From Alphaproteobacteria bacterium (GTDB taxonomy: Bacteria > Pseudomonadota > Alphaproteobacteria > SHVZ01), in contig CAXNIC010000002.1 of assembly GCA_964201945.1 (NCBI GenBank), forward strand, positions 1-47,491: DNA of 47,491 bases. The letters run 5' to 3'. The notes beneath the pieces were generated by a model, which made no database searches, was not told the DNA's origin, and was given only the letters and a program-made list of their open reading frames with translations. Shown here one piece after another: positions 1 to 9,268 of the stretch. The stretch's first letter is position 1; each line of letters opens with the position of its first letter. Made by a program: the position numbers and the translations under genes.

Positions 1-54
1 CGCCTCGGCTCACGAATCCCTCCTCCAAGAGGAATCCTTGAATCAAGGTTCGAG

Positions 55-1512
55 TCACACGTCAATCACTTTGTAAACACCGCCTAGCATCGACAGGCGG
101 TCGACTTCTTCGCTGGAGTAGAACATCCGGTTAGCGCCGACTGGCTTCCACGCCTGGGTCAGGGTGAACAGCATCATCGGTTCGTCCGGATCGGCAGTCG
201 GGATGCCCCAGGAGAGGAGCGCCATGTCGTATTTGACGTCGGTCGGACCGAGCTTGATGGCGTCGCCGAAGGCGGCACTCTCCAAGACCTGGATCCTGAC
301 TTCGACGCCGATGTCCTTGAGGAAAGTCTGGATCAGCTGGGCGACCTGAAAGTCGCCCTGGGTGCCGCCCCGGCGGGTGAACAGGTTGAGCGACAGCTTG
401 GTGCCCTTCACGTCCTCGACGAAGCCGTCCTTGTTGCGATCCTCGTAGCCGGCGTTCTTCATCAACTCCTTGGCGCGGGCCAGGTTGAACGGGAAGATCG
501 TGTCCTCGCCGGGGTTGGTCATCTCGGTGTAGCCGTAGACGCCGGGCGACAGCGTGGGGGCCTTGGCCAGAACCGCGCCGCGACCGGCGAACACGCTGTT
601 CACGATGCCGACCTTGTCCATGGCGTAGTTGAACGCCTTCCGCACGTTCACATGCGCCAGCGCCGGGACCATGTGATTGAGCGCGATATAGTATTGCCGC
701 GTGCTGGGCACAACGCGGACCTTGATGTCCTTGTTCTTTTCCAGGCGCTGCAGGTCGAAATCGTTGAGGCGCACCGTGCGGTCGACCTCGCCCTTCTCCA
801 GCAGTGCCGCGCGCACCGCCGGGTCCGGAACGACGATGATCTTGACTGCATCCAGGTAGGGCTTGCCCTTCTGCCAGTAGTCCGGGTTCTTCACGAACTT
901 GATGTGCTCGCCCTTAGAGAAGTCCTTCTGGATGAACGGGCCGGTGCCGACGATATGCGTCGCCATCCACTGCTCGCCGTTCTTCTTGTAGGCGGTGGGG
1001 CTGAAGATGCAGAGCGGCCGATAGGCGAGGTTGGGCAGGAGGGCCGCGAACGGCGACTTGAAGCTCATCGACACCGAGTGCGCGCTCTCGGCCTTCGCCG
1101 CCTCGAAGCCCTCGAGGATGCTGGCATAGATGAAGTTCTTGGCCTTGGCTTCGTTGAAGACGAAGGCGACCGCCTCGGCATCGAAGACCGAGCCGTCATG
1201 GAACTTGACGCCTTGCTGGAGCTCGAAGGTGAATTTCTTGCGATCGTCCGAGACCGTCCAGCTCTTCGCCAGCAGGGGAGAGATCGAACCATCCTCGTTC
1301 ATCTCCACCAGGTTCTCGCAGGCGTAGAGCCAGACGTCCTGGGCGCCGCTGTCCAGGTTGCGCCCGGGGAACAGCGAGAACTGTTCGCCAGCCTGAGCGT
1401 AGACCAGCTCGCCGCCATGTTGAGGCGTGGCAGTCTGAGCGAAGGCGCTGCCGGCCAGCACGCAGGCAGCGAATGCCGCGGCGCCGGCTGAAACGATGCG
1501 GTGCAGGTTCAT
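55..1512 (-). CDS. ABC transporter substrate-binding protein, family 5 (peptide/nickel/opine type), apparently C-terminally truncated
   Basis: ATG at 1510-1512 behind GGGGAA. Sec signal MNLHRIVSAGAAAFAACVLAGSAFA|Q. SBP_bac_5-type core (PLLAKSWTVSDDRKKFTFELQQGVKFHDGS; GTGPF). The protein ends about 60 aa earlier than the paralogs at 6522 and 18841. Confidence 0.8.
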   Translation of the reverse strand: MNLHRIVSAGAAAFAACVLAGSAFAQTATPQHGGELVYAQAGEQFSLFPGRNLDSGAQDVWLYACENLVEMNEDGSISPLLAKSWTVSDDRKKFTFELQQGVKFHDGSVFDAEAVAFVFNEAKAKNFIYASILEGFEAAKAESAHSVSMSFKSPFAALLPNLAYRPLCIFSPTAYKKNGEQWMATHIVGTGPFIQKDFSKGEHIKFVKNPDYWQKGKPYLDAVKIIVVPDPAVRAALLEKGEVDRTVRLNDFDLQRLEKNKDIKVRVVPSTRQYYIALNHMVPALAHVNVRKAFNYAMDKVGIVNSVFAGRGAVLAKAPTLSPGVYGYTEMTNPGEDTIFPFNLARAKELMKNAGYEDRNKDGFVEDVKGTKLSLNLFTRRGGTQGDFQVAQLIQTFLKDIGVEVRIQVLESAAFGDAIKLGPTDVKYDMALLSWGIPTADPDEPMMLFTLTQAWKPVGANRMFYSSEEVDRLSMLGGVYKVIDV

Positions 1513-1618
1513 GAATCCGTTCCCCTGATCGTGCAGCCTAGGCTTCGGATTGCCCCGGCAGGTTGTTGTCTTGGTATTCTCTCCCGGATTGCGCGCCGGT
1601 TACAAGCGCTCCGGCCCC

Positions 1619-2677
1619 TCAATACAGGCGCATCTTGTCGAGAACGTTCCGCATCTCGCCGCGACGGCTGTCCAGGTAGCAGCGGAGGTTGTGGCAGAAG
1701 ATGTCGGTGATCCGCTCGTTCTCCCGGCCGACGGTGCTGGCGGAGTGCGGGCTGATCAGCACGTTCGGCATGTCCCAGAGCGGGCTGGTTGCCGGCAGCG
1801 GCTCGATCGCGGCGACGTCGAGCCCGGCGAAGCCGACCTTGCCAGAGCGCAGCGATGCGATCAGGGCTGCCTCGTCGACGCATTGGCCGCGGCCGATGTT
1901 CACGAAGGCGACGCCGGCCTTCATGACCTCGAAGGCGCGGGCGTCGAGCAGGTTCTCGGTCTCGGGTGTGTGCGGGGCGATCAGGACGATCGCGTCGGCC
2001 TCGGCCAGCATCGCGTGCAGCCGGTCGGGCGGGTAGACCGCATCCACACCCATTTCCTCGGCGCGGCCCTTGCGGGCATCGCGCACATTGGCCAGCACCC
2101 GCATGTCGAAGGCCTTGCCGAGCGCGGCGATGCGCCCGCCGACCTGGCCGGCGCCGATCACCGCGAGCGTCTTCCCCGCCAGCTCGTCGCCGCAATAGCG
2201 CTCCCAGCGGTGGGCCTGCTGCTCCTGTTTCAGCCGAGCCATGTCCTTGATGTGGGTCAGGAGGGCGGTGAAGACGAACTCCGCCAGCGGGCCTGCATGA
2301 ACGCCGCGCGCGGTGGTGACCAGCAGGTCCGACTGCTGCAGGCCCATCTTCTTGACCATCTGGCCGACGCCCGAGCTGGTCGTCTGCACCCACTTGGCGT
2401 TGGGAGCGAGGGCGAAGCCGCCGCTGCCGTCGGCGGAGTTCGGCGGGAAGTCGAACAGCACCTGGGCGCGGCCGAGATGCGCGCGCCAGCGCGCTTCCTG
2501 CTCGGGCGTGCGAGGGAAGCCGTCCTTGCCCTTATGGTCGGCGACATAGCGCTGGGGCGGCCAGAGGTCAGGTTCGCAGATCACCTCGACCCGGTCGGGT
2601 GCGACTGAGCGGATACGCTCCACGCATTCGGGCTCGAGCGGGGTGGTGATGAAGACGGTGAGGCGTGCGCTGGTCAT
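1619..2677 (-). CDS. D-isomer-specific 2-hydroxyacid dehydrogenase family, NAD-binding
   Basis: Long ORF 1619..2977 trimmed to ATG 2675-2677 (MTSARLTVFITTP...). Motifs: GxGxxG fold (VIGAGQVGGRIA), NIGRGQ, LDV..EPLP, ISPHSAS. Confidence 0.85.
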   Translation of the reverse strand: MTSARLTVFITTPLEPECVERIRSVAPDRVEVICEPDLWPPQRYVADHKGKDGFPRTPEQEARWRAHLGRAQVLFDFPPNSADGSGGFALAPNAKWVQTTSSGVGQMVKKMGLQQSDLLVTTARGVHAGPLAEFVFTALLTHIKDMARLKQEQQAHRWERYCGDELAGKTLAVIGAGQVGGRIAALGKAFDMRVLANVRDARKGRAEEMGVDAVYPPDRLHAMLAEADAIVLIAPHTPETENLLDARAFEVMKAGVAFVNIGRGQCVDEAALIASLRSGKVGFAGLDVAAIEPLPATSPLWDMPNVLISPHSASTVGRENERITDIFCHNLRCYLDSRRGEMRNVLDKMRLY

Positions 2678-2788
2678 TCGTCGGAGTTTCCCTGCCGTGG
2701 CGCCCGGAGATTGGACGGTTTTCGCTCCGAATCCCAGGCCCTTCGGCCCGCCTTGTCTCGCCCGAGCGCCTGCGGATATGCTTCCCCG

Positions 2789-3706
2789 ATGCTGCAGTTC
2801 CTGGCGCGACGCCTGCTGGTTGCCCTGCTCGTCTGCATCACAGTGCTGACCTTCGCCTTTGCGCTGACCCGGCTTTCGGGCGATCTCGCCATCTCCATCG
2901 CCGGGCCGAACTCGACCGCCGCCGACATCGAGATCATCCGGAAGGCCTATGGCCTCGACCGGCCGGTCATCCAGCAATTCTTCGACTGGGTCGGCCGCGC
3001 CATCGTCGGCGATTTCGGCCAGTCCTATTTCTTCCGCGAGCGGGTGGCCAAGCTGATCGGTGACCGCCTGCCGATCACTCTCACCCTCGGGCTCGTCGGT
3101 CTCGGCATCGCGCTGACAGTGGCCCTGCCGCTCGGCGTCATTTCGGCCCTGCGTGAAGGGCGCCCGATCGACCGCCTGATCTCGCTAGTGGCGCTGTTGG
3201 GCCAGGCAATGCCGTCGTTCTGGCTCGGCCTTGTTCTGATGATCACCTTCGGCCTGCACCTCGGCTGGCTGCCGGTCTCAGGCACCGGCACCTGGCAGCA
3301 CTTCGTGATGCCGGGCACGGTTCTGGCGTTCTCCGCCATTCCCGCCCTGATGCGGCTCACGCGAAGCGGCATGATCGATGCGATGTCGGCGGACTACATC
3401 AGGACGGCGCGGGCCAAGGGCCTGTCCCGTGCCTCGATCATCCTGAAGCACGCCGCCCGCAACGCGGCGATGCCAGTGGTCTCGATCGCCGCCGTGCAAC
3501 TGGGCTTCATGCTGGGCGGCTCGATCGTGATCGAGACGGTGTTCGCGCTTCACGGGGTTGGCTTCCTTGCCTGGGAGTCGATCAGCAAGAACGACTTCCC
3601 GACGGTCCAGGCGGTTGTCCTGCTGCTGGCGATCATCTACACGCTGCTCACGCTCGGTGCCGACATGCTGAATGCGCTGCTCGATCCGAGGCTGCGCGCC
3701 TCATGA
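2789..3706 (+). CDS. ABC transporter permease (DppB/OppB-like)
   Basis: ORF 2711..3706 trimmed to ATG 2789 (MLQFLARRLLVALLV...). Multi-TM, EAA-type loop (ADYIRTARAKGLSRASIILKHAARNA), C-terminal LDPRLR. Confidence 0.85.
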   Translation: MLQFLARRLLVALLVCITVLTFAFALTRLSGDLAISIAGPNSTAADIEIIRKAYGLDRPVIQQFFDWVGRAIVGDFGQSYFFRERVAKLIGDRLPITLTLGLVGLGIALTVALPLGVISALREGRPIDRLISLVALLGQAMPSFWLGLVLMITFGLHLGWLPVSGTGTWQHFVMPGTVLAFSAIPALMRLTRSGMIDAMSADYIRTARAKGLSRASIILKHAARNAAMPVVSIAAVQLGFMLGGSIVIETVFALHGVGFLAWESISKNDFPTVQAVVLLLAIIYTLLTLGADMLNALLDPRLRAS

Positions 3707-4536
3707 GGGGATGGCGCAGCGCGGGGCTGTGGGTGGGCGCCTTCATCGTCGGGTTCACGTTCCTGGTCGCCGTCTTCGCTCCGATGCTGACCGCCCATGA
3801 CCCCTTCGGCCAGGACCTGAGCCGGCGCCTGATCCCACCGTTCTGGATGGAAGGAGGCAAGCCCGCGCACTGGCTCGGCACCGACCAGCTCGGTCGCGAC
3901 TATCTCGCGCGCCTGGTCTATGGCGCTCGCATCTCGATGCTGATCGGGGTCATGACCGTGATCACCTCCGGCCTCATCGGCATCTCGCTCGGCGTCGCCG
4001 GCGGCTTCTTCGGCGGCCGCATCGACGATGTCATCCTGTTCATCATCACCGCGCGGCTCTCGATCCCGCTGATCCTGGTCGCGCTCGCGGTGGTCTCGCT
4101 GGTCGGCAGCTCGCTCACCGTCGTCGTCGCCACGCTCGGCCTGCTGCTCTGGGAGCGCTTCGCCGTGGTGGCGCGCGTGGCTACGATGCAGGTCCGAAAC
4201 CTCGACTATGTCGCCGCCGCCTGGTCCGCCGGCTGCTCTCAGCCCTACATCGTGCTGCGTGAGATCCTGCCCAACATCCTCTCGCCGCTGGCGGTCGTCG
4301 CGACGCTCGAGATGGCGCTGGCGATCCTGCTGGAAGCCGCACTCTCCTTCCTCGGCCTTGGCGTGCCGCCGCCCTTGCCGTCCTGGGGGCTGATGATCGC
4401 GGAAGCCAAGGACTACATGTTCTTCAGCGCCTGGGTGATCATGGTCCCCGGCCTGTCGCTGTTCGCCCTGGTATTCGGCATCAACCTGCTGGGCGACGGG
4501 TTGCGCGACCTGCTCAAGACCGGGCGGGTGGCGTGA
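3703..4536 (+). CDS. ABC transporter permease (DppC/OppC-like)
   Basis: ATG 3703 overlaps the upstream stop (ATGA). OppC-type N-region (HWLGTDQLGRDYLARLVYGARISM). Multi-TM. Confidence 0.85.
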   Translation: MRGWRSAGLWVGAFIVGFTFLVAVFAPMLTAHDPFGQDLSRRLIPPFWMEGGKPAHWLGTDQLGRDYLARLVYGARISMLIGVMTVITSGLIGISLGVAGGFFGGRIDDVILFIITARLSIPLILVALAVVSLVGSSLTVVVATLGLLLWERFAVVARVATMQVRNLDYVAAAWSAGCSQPYIVLREILPNILSPLAVVATLEMALAILLEAALSFLGLGVPPPLPSWGLMIAEAKDYMFFSAWVIMVPGLSLFALVFGINLLGDGLRDLLKTGRVA

Positions 4537-5504
4537 CGGCACTGCTGGAAGTCCAAGGGCTCGACATCTCGTTCGGGGGGCTGACCGCCGTCCGCGGCGC
4601 CTCGCTGGAGGTCAACCGCGGCGAGACCCACTGCCTGGTCGGCGAGTCCGGCTGCGGCAAGTCGGTCACGGCGCTGGCGATGATGGGCCTGCTTCCGGGC
4701 AATGCGGTCCGCCGTGCCGAGACACTCCGTTTCGACGGCGGCGACCTCCGCGGTCTCAGCGAGAAGGAGATGTCGCGGCTCCGCGGGGACCGCATGGCGA
4801 TGATCTTCCAGGAACCGATGACCAGCCTGAACCCGGCTTATACGGTCGGCTCGCAGATGGCGGAGGTGATGCTCCGTCACCGCGGCGGCTCGCGCCGTGC
4901 GGCGATGGATCGGGCGGCGGAGCTGCTGGCACGGGTCCGTATCACCTCGCCCGGCATGCGCCTTGGGCAATATCCTCATCAGCTCTCGGGCGGGCTCCGC
5001 CAGCGGGTGATGATCGCGATGGCGTTGATGTGCGATCCGGAGCTGCTGATCGCCGACGAACCGACGACGGCGCTCGATGTCACAGTTCAGGCGCAGATCC
5101 TTCGCCTCCTGGCCGACCTTCAGAAGGATCTCGGCCTCGCCATTCTGCTGATCACCCACGATCTGGGCGTGGTCGCCCGGACTGCTCACCGGGTTTCGGT
5201 GATGTATGCGGGCGAGGTGGTGGAGAGCTCGCCGGTGCGCACGCTCTTCTCTCGGCCGATGCATCCCTATACCCGCGGGCTGCTTTCCTGCGTGCCGGTT
5301 CCGGGCAAGATCAGGCCCGGCGAGCCGCTGGGATCCATTCCCGGCATGGTGCCGCAAGTCACCGAGCGCTTCGAAGGCTGCGCCTTCCGTCAGCGCTGCT
5401 CGCTGATGCGTCCCGATTGCGCCGGCCCGATCACCCGGCATCGCCTGGGCGTAGACCACGCTTATCTCTGCCAGATCCCGCCGGAGGAGATGGCCCGGTC
5501 ATGA
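4533..5504 (+). CDS. ABC transporter ATP-binding protein (DppD/OppD-like)
   Basis: GTG 4533 overlaps the stop (GTGA). Walker A GESGCGKS, signature LSGGLRQR, Walker [13 protein letters not shown], oligopeptide-type C-terminal domain (HPYTRGLL...CAFRQRC). Confidence 0.9.
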   Translation: MTALLEVQGLDISFGGLTAVRGASLEVNRGETHCLVGESGCGKSVTALAMMGLLPGNAVRRAETLRFDGGDLRGLSEKEMSRLRGDRMAMIFQEPMTSLNPAYTVGSQMAEVMLRHRGGSRRAAMDRAAELLARVRITSPGMRLGQYPHQLSGGLRQRVMIAMALMCDPELLIADEPTTALDVTVQAQILRLLADLQKDLGLAILLITHDLGVVARTAHRVSVMYAGEVVESSPVRTLFSRPMHPYTRGLLSCVPVPGKIRPGEPLGSIPGMVPQVTERFEGCAFRQRCSLMRPDCAGPITRHRLGVDHAYLCQIPPEEMARS

Positions 5505-6460
5505 CCGCTCCCCTGATCGAGGTTCGCGGCGTCGGTCAGCAGTTCCGGGTGAGGGCGGGCCTTCTCGCCAAGCCGAAACGCGTGGTCGCTGTCGACGGCG
5601 TGTCGCTCCAGCTTAAGGCAGGCGATGTCCTGGGGGTGGTCGGCGAGTCCGGCTGCGGCAAGTCGACCCTCGCCAAGATCATCCTGGGCCTACTCGAACC
5701 GACGGCTGGTGAGGTGCTGATCGACGGCAAGCGGCTGGCCTCGCTGGATCGGAAGGAGCGAGCGCGGCTGATCCAGCCGGTGTTCCAGGATCCATTTTCC
5801 TCGCTCAACCCGCGGCGGCGGGTGAGGGACGTCGTCTCCTTGCCGCTGGTGGCCCAGGGCGGGATGTCGACGCCGGAAGTGAACCGTCGCGTCGACGAGA
5901 TGCTGGCGCGCGTCGGACTCGATCCCTCGATGGCCGACCGTCTCCCGGCACATCTGTCGGGAGGCCAGCGCCAGCGTGTCGCCATCGCGCGCGCCCTGGT
6001 GCTGCGTCCGCGCATCGTCGTCTGCGATGAGCCGACCTCGGCGCTTGACGTCTCGGTCCAGGCGCAGATCCTGAACCTCCTGGCCGAGCTCCGGCGTGAG
6101 TTCGGGCTCTCCTACCTCTTCATCAGCCATAACCTGGCGGTGGTCGAGCACGTCGCTAGCGAGGTGGCGGTGATGTATCTCGGGCGCATCGTCGAGCAGA
6201 ACCAGGCGGCAGCCCTGTTCCGCGATCCCCGGCATCCCTATACCAAGGCGTTGCTGGCGTCGGTGCTGACGCCCGAACCCGATCTCGGGCTGCCGGAAAC
6301 CGGCCTCGGCGACGCCATGCCCGATCCGGCCAATGTGCCGCCCGGCTGCCGCTTCCATCCGCGCTGTCCGATCGCCATCGAGCGCTGCAGCCAGGAAGCT
6401 CCGGCGACCCAACGTAACGGGCCGAACCTGGTCGAGTGCCATCTCGCGGCGCCGGCTTGA
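5501..6460 (+). CDS. ABC transporter ATP-binding protein (DppF/OppF-like)
   Basis: ORF 5030..6460 trimmed to ATG 5501, which overlaps the upstream stop (ATGA). Motifs: [43 protein letters not shown]...PPGCRFHPRCP. Confidence 0.9.
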   Translation: MTAPLIEVRGVGQQFRVRAGLLAKPKRVVAVDGVSLQLKAGDVLGVVGESGCGKSTLAKIILGLLEPTAGEVLIDGKRLASLDRKERARLIQPVFQDPFSSLNPRRRVRDVVSLPLVAQGGMSTPEVNRRVDEMLARVGLDPSMADRLPAHLSGGQRQRVAIARALVLRPRIVVCDEPTSALDVSVQAQILNLLAELRREFGLSYLFISHNLAVVEHVASEVAVMYLGRIVEQNQAAALFRDPRHPYTKALLASVLTPEPDLGLPETGLGDAMPDPANVPPGCRFHPRCPIAIERCSQEAPATQRNGPNLVECHLAAPA

Positions 6461-6467
6461 AAAAGGA

Positions 6468-6498
6468 AGAGCCCCGCGGACAGCATCCGCGGGGCTCT
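6468..6498. terminator. Bidirectional stem-loop terminator between convergent genes
   Basis: Perfect 13-bp stem AGAGCCCCGCGGA / TCCGCGGGGCTCT with 5-nt loop CAGCA. It sits in the 61-nt gap between the stops at 6460 (+) and 6522 (-). A-run upstream and T/A-rich sequence downstream. Confidence 0.6.
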
Positions 6499-6521
6499 GA
6501 AGATAAATCCGAGTTAGATCG

Positions 6522-8042
6522 TCACTGCCACTTGCTGAGCCAGAAGCGCGGCAGCTCGTCTGCATAGGTCTTGAGAGCGAGCGTCTTCGACAGGCCATAG
6601 GTGGTGACGTAGGTGTGCAGCGGCACCCAATAGGCCCGCTCCATCGCCAGCTTGATCGCCGTCGAGTAGTTGGTCTTGCGGGTGTCGGCGTTCATCGTCG
6701 TGCCGGCGGTGGTGAGCAGCTTCTCGATCTCCGCATCCTTGGCGTGGTCGTCGACGCCGCCGCCGAGGAACACCGGCATGACGGCTGCGACGTCGTTGAT
6801 CGAGTAGGAGCCCCAGCTGCCCATGTCCAGCGGGCATTCGCCGCGCGCCTGGCAACGCTGGACCAGGGCCTGGACCTGGAGCTGACTGATCTTCGTTTTG
6901 ATGCCGACGGCGTTGAGATAGCCCTGCACCGAGGCGGCCCATTGCGGCAGCACATAGGTGACGAGCTCGGTCTCGAAGCCGTTCGGGTAGCCGGCCTCTG
7001 CAAGGAGCGCCTTGGCCTTCGCCGGGTCATAGGCGTATTTCATCGCCGCCTCGCCGTCGCAGCCGAACTGCGAGGGGAAGCACGGGGCCGGCGGCACACG
7101 CGAGCCGCCCTGCACCAGCTGCTTGGCGATCTGCTCGCGGTCGATCGCATGGAAGATCGCCTGGCGGACCTTGACGTTGGTCAGGGGCTTGTTGCTGTCG
7201 CGGTCTCCGGCGGTATCCATGCGAAGGAAGCCGACGCGCATCGACTCCTGGCGGAGCGCTTGCAGGGTCGGCATGCGCCCGACGGCGTCGAACTGGTCGG
7301 GGTTGAAGTTCCAGATGAAGTCGGCGCGGCCGGCGAGAAGCTCGGTCATCTCGGTCGCGGCGTCGGGGACGAAGCGGACCTGCATCTTGCCGATCGCCGG
7401 CTTCCCCTTGGGACTGTCGGCGTAGTAGTCGGCGAAGCGCTCGAAGTCGATCTGGCCGGCCTCGACCTTGGTGATCTTGTAGGGGCCGGCGCCGACCGGG
7501 GCTTTGGCGTACCCATCCGGTCCGACCTTCTCGCGATAGGCCTTGGGATAAATCACCAGCACCATGGCCATGTATTCGAGTGCCGCCGGCGTCGGCTTCT
7601 TCAACTTGATACGGACATTGAAGTCGTCGATCTTCTCAGCCTTGTCGATCCAGTTGGCGTTGCTGGGCGTCGAGATCTTAGAGTCGGCGGCGCTGACGAG
7701 GTTGAGGGTGTAGACCACGTCGTCGGCGGTGAACGCATCGCCATTGTGGAATTTGACGCCGCGCCGGAGCGCGAACTCCATCGTCGTGTCGTCGACGATC
7801 TTCCACGAGGTGGCGAGCAGCGGCTTGACCGCGAAGGTATCGGGATCGCGATAGACCAGGTTGTCCCAGGACTGGTGCGCGATGACGACGCCGGTACGGA
7901 GCTGGTTGTAGTAGGGGTCGACGTTGGTAACGGCATCCCTCAAGACGATGCGAAGCGTGTCGGCAGATTTCTGCGCGTTCGCCGGCATGCTGCCGAGCAG
8001 GGTGCCCAGCAGGAGTCCGGCGGCGATGGCTTTGACCTTCAT
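6522..8042 (-). CDS. ABC transporter substrate-binding protein, family 5
   Basis: ORF 6522..8060 trimmed to ATG 8042, 8 nt downstream of GGAGGAGG. Sec signal MKVKAIAAGLLLGTLLGSMPANA|Q. Motifs LLATSWKIVDDTTMEFALRRGVKFHNGD and GAGPYKI. Confidence 0.85.
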   Translation of the reverse strand: MKVKAIAAGLLLGTLLGSMPANAQKSADTLRIVLRDAVTNVDPYYNQLRTGVVIAHQSWDNLVYRDPDTFAVKPLLATSWKIVDDTTMEFALRRGVKFHNGDAFTADDVVYTLNLVSAADSKISTPSNANWIDKAEKIDDFNVRIKLKKPTPAALEYMAMVLVIYPKAYREKVGPDGYAKAPVGAGPYKITKVEAGQIDFERFADYYADSPKGKPAIGKMQVRFVPDAATEMTELLAGRADFIWNFNPDQFDAVGRMPTLQALRQESMRVGFLRMDTAGDRDSNKPLTNVKVRQAIFHAIDREQIAKQLVQGGSRVPPAPCFPSQFGCDGEAAMKYAYDPAKAKALLAEAGYPNGFETELVTYVLPQWAASVQGYLNAVGIKTKISQLQVQALVQRCQARGECPLDMGSWGSYSINDVAAVMPVFLGGGVDDHAKDAEIEKLLTTAGTTMNADTRKTNYSTAIKLAMERAYWVPLHTYVTTYGLSKTLALKTYADELPRFWLSKWQ

Positions 8043-8180
8043 GTTGGTAGCCTCCTCCATGTCCGAATGAGGAAGGATAGACCCCGCGACTCCGGCCGAA
8101 CAAGCCTCGGCCGTTCAGGGGGCGGTAGGCGGGATGGATGAAACCCGGTTTTCTGATACGGTTCGGTACCGCTCAAGCCC

Positions 8181-9146
8181 TTGTCAGAGGCCGTTTCCGT
8201 GATCCCTGCCGGCAGTCCTCGCCGAAACATCCTGACCATTGACCCGCAGGACAAGATGGAGGTCCTGAAGGGCCTCTCCTCGCCGATCCGTATCCAGATC
8301 CTGCGTGTCCTGCACGCGAACGGTCCGATGAACGTCAACGAGATCGCCAAGGCGATGAAGCTGCCGCAGTCGACCATCGCCACCAATATCCAGGTCTTGG
8401 ACGACTCTGGCCTGATCCGCACCGAGACGATCAAGGCAAGCAAGGGCCAGCAGAAGATCTGCTCGGCCCGTTTTGACGAGGTCTTCATCCGCCTGGACGG
8501 TCTCTCGGCGCAGCAGCAGGACCACATGGTCGAGGTCTCGATGCCGCTCGGCCTCTACACCAGCTACCAGGTGAGCGCGCCCTGCGGGCTCTGCTCGGCC
8601 GAAGGCATCATCGGCTTGCTCGACGTGCCCGATCTCTTCCTCGATCCCAGCCGCATGCAGGCGGCGCTGCTGTGGTTCGGCCGCGGTCATGTCGAATACA
8701 AGTTCCCGAACAACGCCAAGATCGCCAAGACCGAGGTCGAGGCGATCGAGTTCAGCATGGAGATCTCCTCGGAGGTGCCAGGGACCAATGCCGACTGGCC
8801 GTCGGACATCAGCGTCTGGGTCAACGACGTTCTGGTCGGTACCTGGACCTCGCCCGGAGACTTCGGCGACAAGCGTGGCGTCTATACGCCGCGCTGGTGG
8901 AAGCTCGAAGGCTCGCAATACGGCAAGCTGACCACCTGGAACATCTCGGCAAAGGGTTGCTTCGTCGACGGGGTGAAGGTGTCGCGCGTGACCCTGAAAC
9001 AGCTCGATCTCGCAGCTCACCACTCCATCCGCCTCAAAGTCGGCATCGATGAACGCGCGAAGCATCCCGGTGGCATGAACATCTTCGGGCGCGGGTTCGG
9101 CAACTACGACCAGGACATCGTCATGCGCCTCTTCCTGGCGCATTGA
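8181..9146 (+). CDS. ArsR/SmtB-type winged-helix regulator fused to a ~210-aa uncharacterised C-terminal domain
   Basis: wHTH LKGLSSPIRIQILRVLHANGPMNVNEIAKAMKLPQSTIATNIQVLDDSGLI, followed by a beta-rich region (…WPSDISVWVNDVLVGTWTSPGDFGDKRGVYTPRWWKLEG…) with no motif I can name. The start is uncertain: TTG 8181, GTG 8199, or ATG 8256 (AGGA 5 nt upstream). Confidence 0.7.
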   Translation: MSEAVSVIPAGSPRRNILTIDPQDKMEVLKGLSSPIRIQILRVLHANGPMNVNEIAKAMKLPQSTIATNIQVLDDSGLIRTETIKASKGQQKICSARFDEVFIRLDGLSAQQQDHMVEVSMPLGLYTSYQVSAPCGLCSAEGIIGLLDVPDLFLDPSRMQAALLWFGRGHVEYKFPNNAKIAKTEVEAIEFSMEISSEVPGTNADWPSDISVWVNDVLVGTWTSPGDFGDKRGVYTPRWWKLEGSQYGKLTTWNISAKGCFVDGVKVSRVTLKQLDLAAHHSIRLKVGIDERAKHPGGMNIFGRGFGNYDQDIVMRLFLAH

Positions 9147-9162
9147 CGCATTCAAATCACAT

Positions 9163-9182
9163 AATCTGATACATATCAGATT
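9163..9182. promoter_or_regulatory. Perfect 9-2-9 palindrome, candidate operator for the adjacent ArsR-type regulator
   Basis: AATCTGATA-CA-TATCAGATT lies in the only strongly AT-rich stretch of this cluster. TTGAC follows at 9186-9190. The site is about 85 nt upstream of the SBP ATG at 9269. Confidence 0.5.
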
Positions 9183-9268
9183 TTATTGACCCGCGGCCGG
9201 GCGCTCGATAGCCTTCCTCCCAATACAAGCGCACCGGGAATAACGGTGCACATCCGTGGGAGGAAACG

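Noticed and set aside
30-60. tRNA-like GGTTCGAG element near the left edge.
   Set aside because: No complementary T-stem, acceptor stem or anticodon arm can be drawn. CCTTGAATCAAGG is a DNA palindrome with a 1-nt centre, not an RNA hairpin.
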